From the NCBI RefSeq assembly GCF_964019745.1, contig NZ_OZ026462.1:300001-332000 (forward strand): DNA of 32,000 bases. Direction: 5' to 3'. This DNA is from Candidatus Saccharimonadota bacterium. GTDB taxonomy: Bacteria; Pseudomonadota; Gammaproteobacteria; Burkholderiales; Burkholderiaceae. This document shows, in pieces, positions 28,504-32,000 of this stretch (its first letter is position 1; each line of letters starts with the position of its first letter). The position numbers were made by a program, and so were the translations under genes. Under the pieces are notes generated by a model, which saw only the letters and a program-made list of their open reading frames with translations, was not told where the DNA came from and made no database searches.

Positions 28504-29219
28504 TAATTTTTTAAAGAATTTCCTATTATAATAATTACAGGTTTAGTAAAATTACTTATAACATTTTTTAAAAATTTTAATTTTAAATAAAAAATAGATT
28601 CATTATAATAACTACAATTTTCAATAATAATTATTGGAGTGTGTTCATTATATCCAATAGTTATTAATTTATTAATAATTTTTTTAATATTTTTACCACT
28701 CATATATTGTATTAAAGTACAATTATTTTGACAATACTTTATATATTTTTTTTTAGTAAAAGTTGTAGTAAATAAAGATATACTTCTACAAATATTTCTT
28801 TTAGTTAAAGGTCGTCTAGAAGAAGATGCAGCAGCTAAAGCTGAAGTTATCCCAGGAATAATTTCATATGGAATATAATATTTTTCTAAAATTTTTAATT
28901 CTTCATTTATTCTACTAAAAATCATAGGATCTCCAGATTTTAATCTTACAATAAAATTATAATGAAAAGCAAAATATATTAAATATTCATTTATTATTTT
29001 TTGTGTAATATGTTTTTCATTTTTTTTTTTTCCTACAAATATTTTTTTAGAATTTGGAGAAAAATTTAAAATTTTTTTAAAAATTAAAGCATCATATAAA
29101 ATAATATCAGTTTTAATTAAAATATTGTAACCCCTAATAGTAATTAGATCAATTGCGCCAGGCCCTGCGCCAATAAAAAAAATTTTACTTATAGGGGTTA
29201 AATTAGAATATTTAAACAA
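28500..29219 (-). CDS. cobA: Uroporphyrinogen-III C-methyltransferase (SUMT; siroheme branch)
   Basis: This is a 239-aa ORF. It has the SAM-binding N-terminus FIGAGPGAIDLITIRGYNILIKTDIILYD, then VRLKSGDPMIF and IPGITSALAAASS. It consists of the methylase domain only, with no CysG dehydrogenase/chelatase domain. Confidence 0.82.
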   Translation of the reverse strand: MFKYSNLTPISKIFFIGAGPGAIDLITIRGYNILIKTDIILYDALIFKKILNFSPNSKKIFVGKKKNEKHITQKIINEYLIYFAFHYNFIVRLKSGDPMIFSRINEELKILEKYYIPYEIIPGITSALAAASSSRRPLTKRNICRSISLFTTTFTKKKYIKYCQNNCTLIQYMSGKNIKKIINKLITIGYNEHTPIIIIENCSYYNESIFYLKLKFLKNVISNFTKPVIIIIGNSLKNY

Positions 29220-29279
29220 AATAAAAATTTATATAAAAAATATTAATCATAATTTAAAATATTTTATAATAGTTATTAT

Positions 29280-29580
29280 ATTAAATATTAAATATTAAAC
29301 ATTAAACATTAAACATTAAACATTAAACATTAAACATTAAATATTAAATATTAAATATTAAATATTAAACATTAAATGTTAAATATTGAATATTAAATAT
29401 TGAATATTAAATATTGAATGTTAAATATTGAATGTTAAATATTAAATGTTAAATATTAAATATTAAATATTAAATGTTAAATATTAAATATTAAATATTA
29501 AGTATTAAGTATTAAATATTAAATATTAAATATTAAATATTAAATATTAAATATTAAATATTAAATATTAAATATTGAAT
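29280..29580. repeat. Heptanucleotide satellite with 43 tandem units and consensus ATTAAAT
   Basis: I parsed the array unit by unit. There are 24 ATTAAAT, 7 ATTAAAC (6 of them consecutive at 29294-29335), 5 GTTAAAT, 5 ATTGAAT and 2 ATTAAGT (adjacent). Every variant is a single transition away from the consensus. The variants occur in runs or in alternating pairs, which gives 14-nt higher-order units at 29385-29440. Confidence 0.95.
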
Positions 29581-29607
29581 ATTAATATATTAAAAAAAAT
29601 AAAAAAA

Positions 29608-29647
29608 TTATAATTATAATTATAATTATAATTATAATTATAATTAT
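29608..29647. repeat. Hexanucleotide array (TTATAA)x6 plus a partial unit
   Basis: Direct reading of 29608-29643 shows six perfect TTATAA units. TTATAA is its own reverse complement. Confidence 0.93.
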
Positions 29648-29664
29648 TATATTAAATATTAAAT

Positions 29665-29714
29665 ATTAATATTAAAATATTAATATTAAAATATTAATAT
29701 TAAAATATTAAAAT
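29665..29714. repeat. 14-nt tandem repeat (ATTAATATTAAAAT)x3 plus an extra ATTAAAAT
   Basis: Direct reading shows ATTAAT+ATTAAAAT repeated three times at 29665-29706, followed by one more ATTAAAAT. Confidence 0.9.
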
Positions 29715-29796
29715 ATTATTATTTAATAAATACTATTATTTAAATATTATTATTTAAATACTATTATTTAAATACTATTATTTAAATATTATTATT
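29715..29796. repeat. 14-nt tandem repeat (ATTATTTAAATAYT), about 5 copies
   Basis: There are four exact-length units at 29735-29790, with Y alternating between T and C. They are preceded by one imperfect copy and followed by a partial ATTATT. Confidence 0.9.
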
Positions 29797-29867
29797 AAAA
29801 TATTAATATTAAAATATATTAATATTAATATTAAAATATTAAAATATTAATATATTAAAAGAATAAT

Positions 29868-29927
29868 TACTACTATTATTGCTATTATTATCATCATTAT
29901 TATTATTATTATTAATATTATTATTAT
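29868..29927. repeat. Trinucleotide array (TAT)n, 20 units, with TAC/TGC/CAT/TAA variants
   Basis: Direct reading gives TAC TAC TAT TAT TGC TAT TAT TAT CAT CAT TAT x5 TAA TAT x4. It ends 16 nt from the cysN stop codon. Confidence 0.9.
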
Positions 29928-29942
29928 TTTAAAAAATTATAA

Positions 29943-31253
29943 TTATAATTTAATCATTCCACTTGCTACAGTTTGATTAGTATTTTTATTAATTAATATA
30001 AAAGATCCTGTTGATTTATTATTAATATATTCATCAAAAACAATATTATTTTGAATTTTAATAATAACATTTGCTATATCATTCATTTTTAATGAATTTG
30101 AAAAATATTTTTTTTGATTATTAATATTTAATAAATATTTAATTTTTACAACATTTGCTATTACTAATTTTGTAGTATGTTTTAATAAATATTTAGAATT
30201 TATATTAAATTTTTCTTCTGATAACCAACATAAATTAGCTTTAAAAATTTTTAATAAATATGGTTTTTTATTTAAAGAAACTAACATATCACCACGAGAA
30301 ATATCTATATTTTCTTTTAAGAAAATTGTTATACAATTACCACTAAAAGAAATATTTAAAGATTTATTAAAAAAAATAATATTTTTAACAGTAACTTTTT
30401 TTTTAATAGGTAATAAAAGTAATTTATCATTAATTTTTAATTTTCCTGATTTAATTTGACCCATATATCCACGTTTTTTTTTTTTATAATTATTATATTG
30501 TGCAATTAATTGTATTGGAAATCTTAATGATTTATGATGAGTATAATCAACAATTGGAAATGTTTCTAACATTTCTATTAAAGTTTTTCCTTTATACCAT
30601 GATAAATTTTTACTTTTTCTAAAAATAATATTTTCTCCATATAAAGCTGATATTGGAACAAAATTAACATTTTTAATATTAAATCTTTCAAAAAAAATTA
30701 AATAAGAATTTACAATTTTATTATATATTTTATAATCATAATTTATTAAATCTATTTTATTAATTGCTATTATAATATGTTGAACATTTAATAAATTTAC
30801 TATAGTAGTATGTCTTTTAGTTTGTGTTAATAATTTTACTTTTCCATTTTTTTTATATTTTATTTTAGAAGCATCAATTAAAATAACAGAAACATCTGCT
30901 GTTGAAGCACCTGTAATCATATTACGAGTATATTGTTTATGTCCTGGAGTATCAGCAATAATAAATTTACGTTTAGAAGTAGAAAAATAACGATATGCTA
31001 CATCAATAGTAATTCCTTGTTCTTGCTCTGCTTCTAAACCATCAACAATTAATGATAAATCAATATTTTTATAAGAAAATTTTTTTTTAAAAAAATTAAG
31101 AGAATTTATTTGATCAATAAAAACATTTTTACTATCATATAATAATCTTCCTATTAGAGTACTTTTACCATCATCAACAGATCCAGCAGTAATAAATCTT
31201 AAAATTTCAGTTTTTTTAAAAAAAAATTTACGACTTTTTTTAGAAAAAAACAC
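29943..31253 (-). CDS. cysN: Sulfate adenylyltransferase subunit 1 (GTPase CysN; no fused APS-kinase domain)
   Basis: This is a 436-aa ORF. It has LRFITAGSVDDGKSTLIGRLL (G1), DTPGH and NKIDL. The GTG start at 31251-31253 overlaps the cysD TAG stop by 1 nt (TAGTG), and there is no ATG upstream of the G1 motif. Confidence 0.9.
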   Translation of the reverse strand: MFFSKKSRKFFFKKTEILRFITAGSVDDGKSTLIGRLLYDSKNVFIDQINSLNFFKKKFSYKNIDLSLIVDGLEAEQEQGITIDVAYRYFSTSKRKFIIADTPGHKQYTRNMITGASTADVSVILIDASKIKYKKNGKVKLLTQTKRHTTIVNLLNVQHIIIAINKIDLINYDYKIYNKIVNSYLIFFERFNIKNVNFVPISALYGENIIFRKSKNLSWYKGKTLIEMLETFPIVDYTHHKSLRFPIQLIAQYNNYKKKKRGYMGQIKSGKLKINDKLLLLPIKKKVTVKNIIFFNKSLNISFSGNCITIFLKENIDISRGDMLVSLNKKPYLLKIFKANLCWLSEEKFNINSKYLLKHTTKLVIANVVKIKYLLNINNQKKYFSNSLKMNDIANVIIKIQNNIVFDEYINNKSTGSFILINKNTNQTVASGMIKL

Positions 31254-32000
31254 TAAAAATAACCTTCTTTTTTTCGTTTTTCCATAGAATTTTCAGATAT
31301 TTTATCATCCATACGAGTTTCACCGCGTTCAGTAATTTGAGAAATAGAAGTTTCTAATATAATTTTTTTTATTGAATTTGCGGTAGAAATTATTGGACAA
31401 GTACATGTAATATCTCCAATTGTTCGAAATCTTACCATTTTTTTTTTTATTTTTTTATTATCAAATTTTTTAGTAATATTTTTAAAAAATGGTTTTAAAA
31501 AACCTTTATCAGATATTACAACAGATCTTTTATGAGCAAAATAAATACTAGGTACAGATAATTTTTCATGATATATATAATGCCAAACATCTAATTCTGT
31601 CCAATTAGATATTGGAAAAACTCTAATATTTTCACCTAAATTAACTTTAGCATTATAAATATCCCATAATTCTGGTCTTTGTAATTTAGGATTCCATTGT
31701 CCAAATTCATCTCTAAAAGAAAAAATTCTTTCTTTTGCTCGTGATTTTTCTTCATCACGACGAGCTCCTCCAATACAAGCATCAAATTTAAATTCATTTA
31801 TAGCTATGTAATAGCTTGTATAGTATTTCTAGAAATACTATCTTTAATATATATAGAATTATTTTTTATAGAATTTTCTACCATTCTAATAATAATATTT
31901 TCTTTTAATTCTAAAACTTTTTTATCTCTAAAATTTAAAACTTCTAAAAAATTATAACCAGTATCAATATGTAAAAGAGGAAAAGGAAATTTATTTGGTC
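31253..32000 (-). pseudogene. cysD: Sulfate adenylyltransferase subunit 2 (CysD). It runs off the right edge, and its reading frame is interrupted near 31802-31815.
   Basis: By manual translation, the upstream frame reads ...PNKFPFPLLHIDTGYNFLEVLNFRDKK...IYIKDSISRNTIQAIT and then hits a TAG at 31804-31806. A different frame then continues as AINEFKFDACIGGARRDEEKSRAKERIFSFRDEFGQWNPKLQRPELW...NIRVFPISNWTELDVWHYI...MVRFRTIGD...MEKRKKEGYF. Both halves match CysD (E. coli: FPLLHVDTGWKF..., FGGARRDEEKSRAKERI..., RFRTLG..., KKRQGYF). The track lists only the last 61 aa because no start codon occurs earlier in the second frame. Confidence 0.75.

Noticed and set aside
29280-29580. A possible CRISPR array, suggested by the regular repeats.
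   Set aside because: The period is only 7 nt and there are no unique spacers between repeats. No cas genes are present. This is a satellite, not a CRISPR array.
29850-29942. A short hydrophobic minus-strand reading frame through the trinucleotide tract (KIIIILIIIIIMMIIIAIIVVIILLIY), and a poly-Tyr frame on the plus strand.
   Set aside because: Both are direct consequences of translating (TAT/ATA)n. The frame has no ATG, GTG or TTG start upstream of the internal ATG ATG pair. There is no ribosome-binding signal, and the frames are too short to evaluate.
31820-31841. A perfect 22-bp palindrome, ATAGTATTTCTAGAAATACTAT, inside cysD, a few nt from the frameshift site.
   Set aside because: Palindromes with 11-bp arms are expected by chance at this base composition. 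My rough estimate is on the order of one or more per window even with G/C included, and many more in pure A/T sequence. I therefore do not treat it as a feature, and its proximity to the indel may be coincidental.

Overview
This window looks like part of an extremely A+T-rich, highly reduced bacterial endosymbiont chromosome. By eye it is well over 80% A+T, but I could not compute this. Almost every ORF is a recognisable housekeeping or nutrient-provisioning gene. In order they are: clpX (5' part), ppsA, rlmN, hisS, der, hisZ, thiD, trxB, rsmE, ileS, dut, a TrpD-like (probably TrpD2/YbiB-type) protein, tsaD, hemC, dnaB, rplI-rpsR-rpsF, a HAD phosphatase, rnc, lepA, fabF-acpP, rpmF, a small CbiX-type chelatase, cobA, cysN and cysD. 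There are also six tRNA genes: Val-UAC, Ile-GAU, Ala-UGC, Ser-UGA, Ser-GCU and initiator Met. The gene order reads like the conserved proteobacterial, and specifically Burkholderiales-like, order with the intervening genes deleted. Examples are rlmN-hisS-der-hisZ, ileS-dut, rpsF-rpsR-rplI-dnaB, lepA-rnc, rpmF-acpP-fabF and cysD-cysN-cobA. The standard genetic code appears to be in use, because Trp is TGG and I saw no in-frame TGA. I found no transposase, integrase, phage, CRISPR, defence, toxin or secondary-metabolite genes, so I cannot support a novel multi-gene system here. The observations worth a second look are mostly non-coding or concern gene decay. (1) cysD is broken by an 11-nt insertion next to an intact cysN. 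(2) A roughly 720-bp compound satellite lies inside the cysN-cobA junction, including 43 copies of a heptamer with ordered variants plus 6-, 14- and 3-nt arrays. (3) The spacers are about 99% A+T, including a 622-bp run with no G or C. (4) A perfect hairpin with a 24-bp stem sits just downstream of rnc. (5) An Ile-Ala tRNA pair of the rRNA-spacer type has no flanking rRNA genes. (6) clpX lacks its zinc-binding N-domain. (7) The TrpD homologue lacks the catalytic motifs. All calls rest on manual translation, motif recognition and hand folding. No searches were run.
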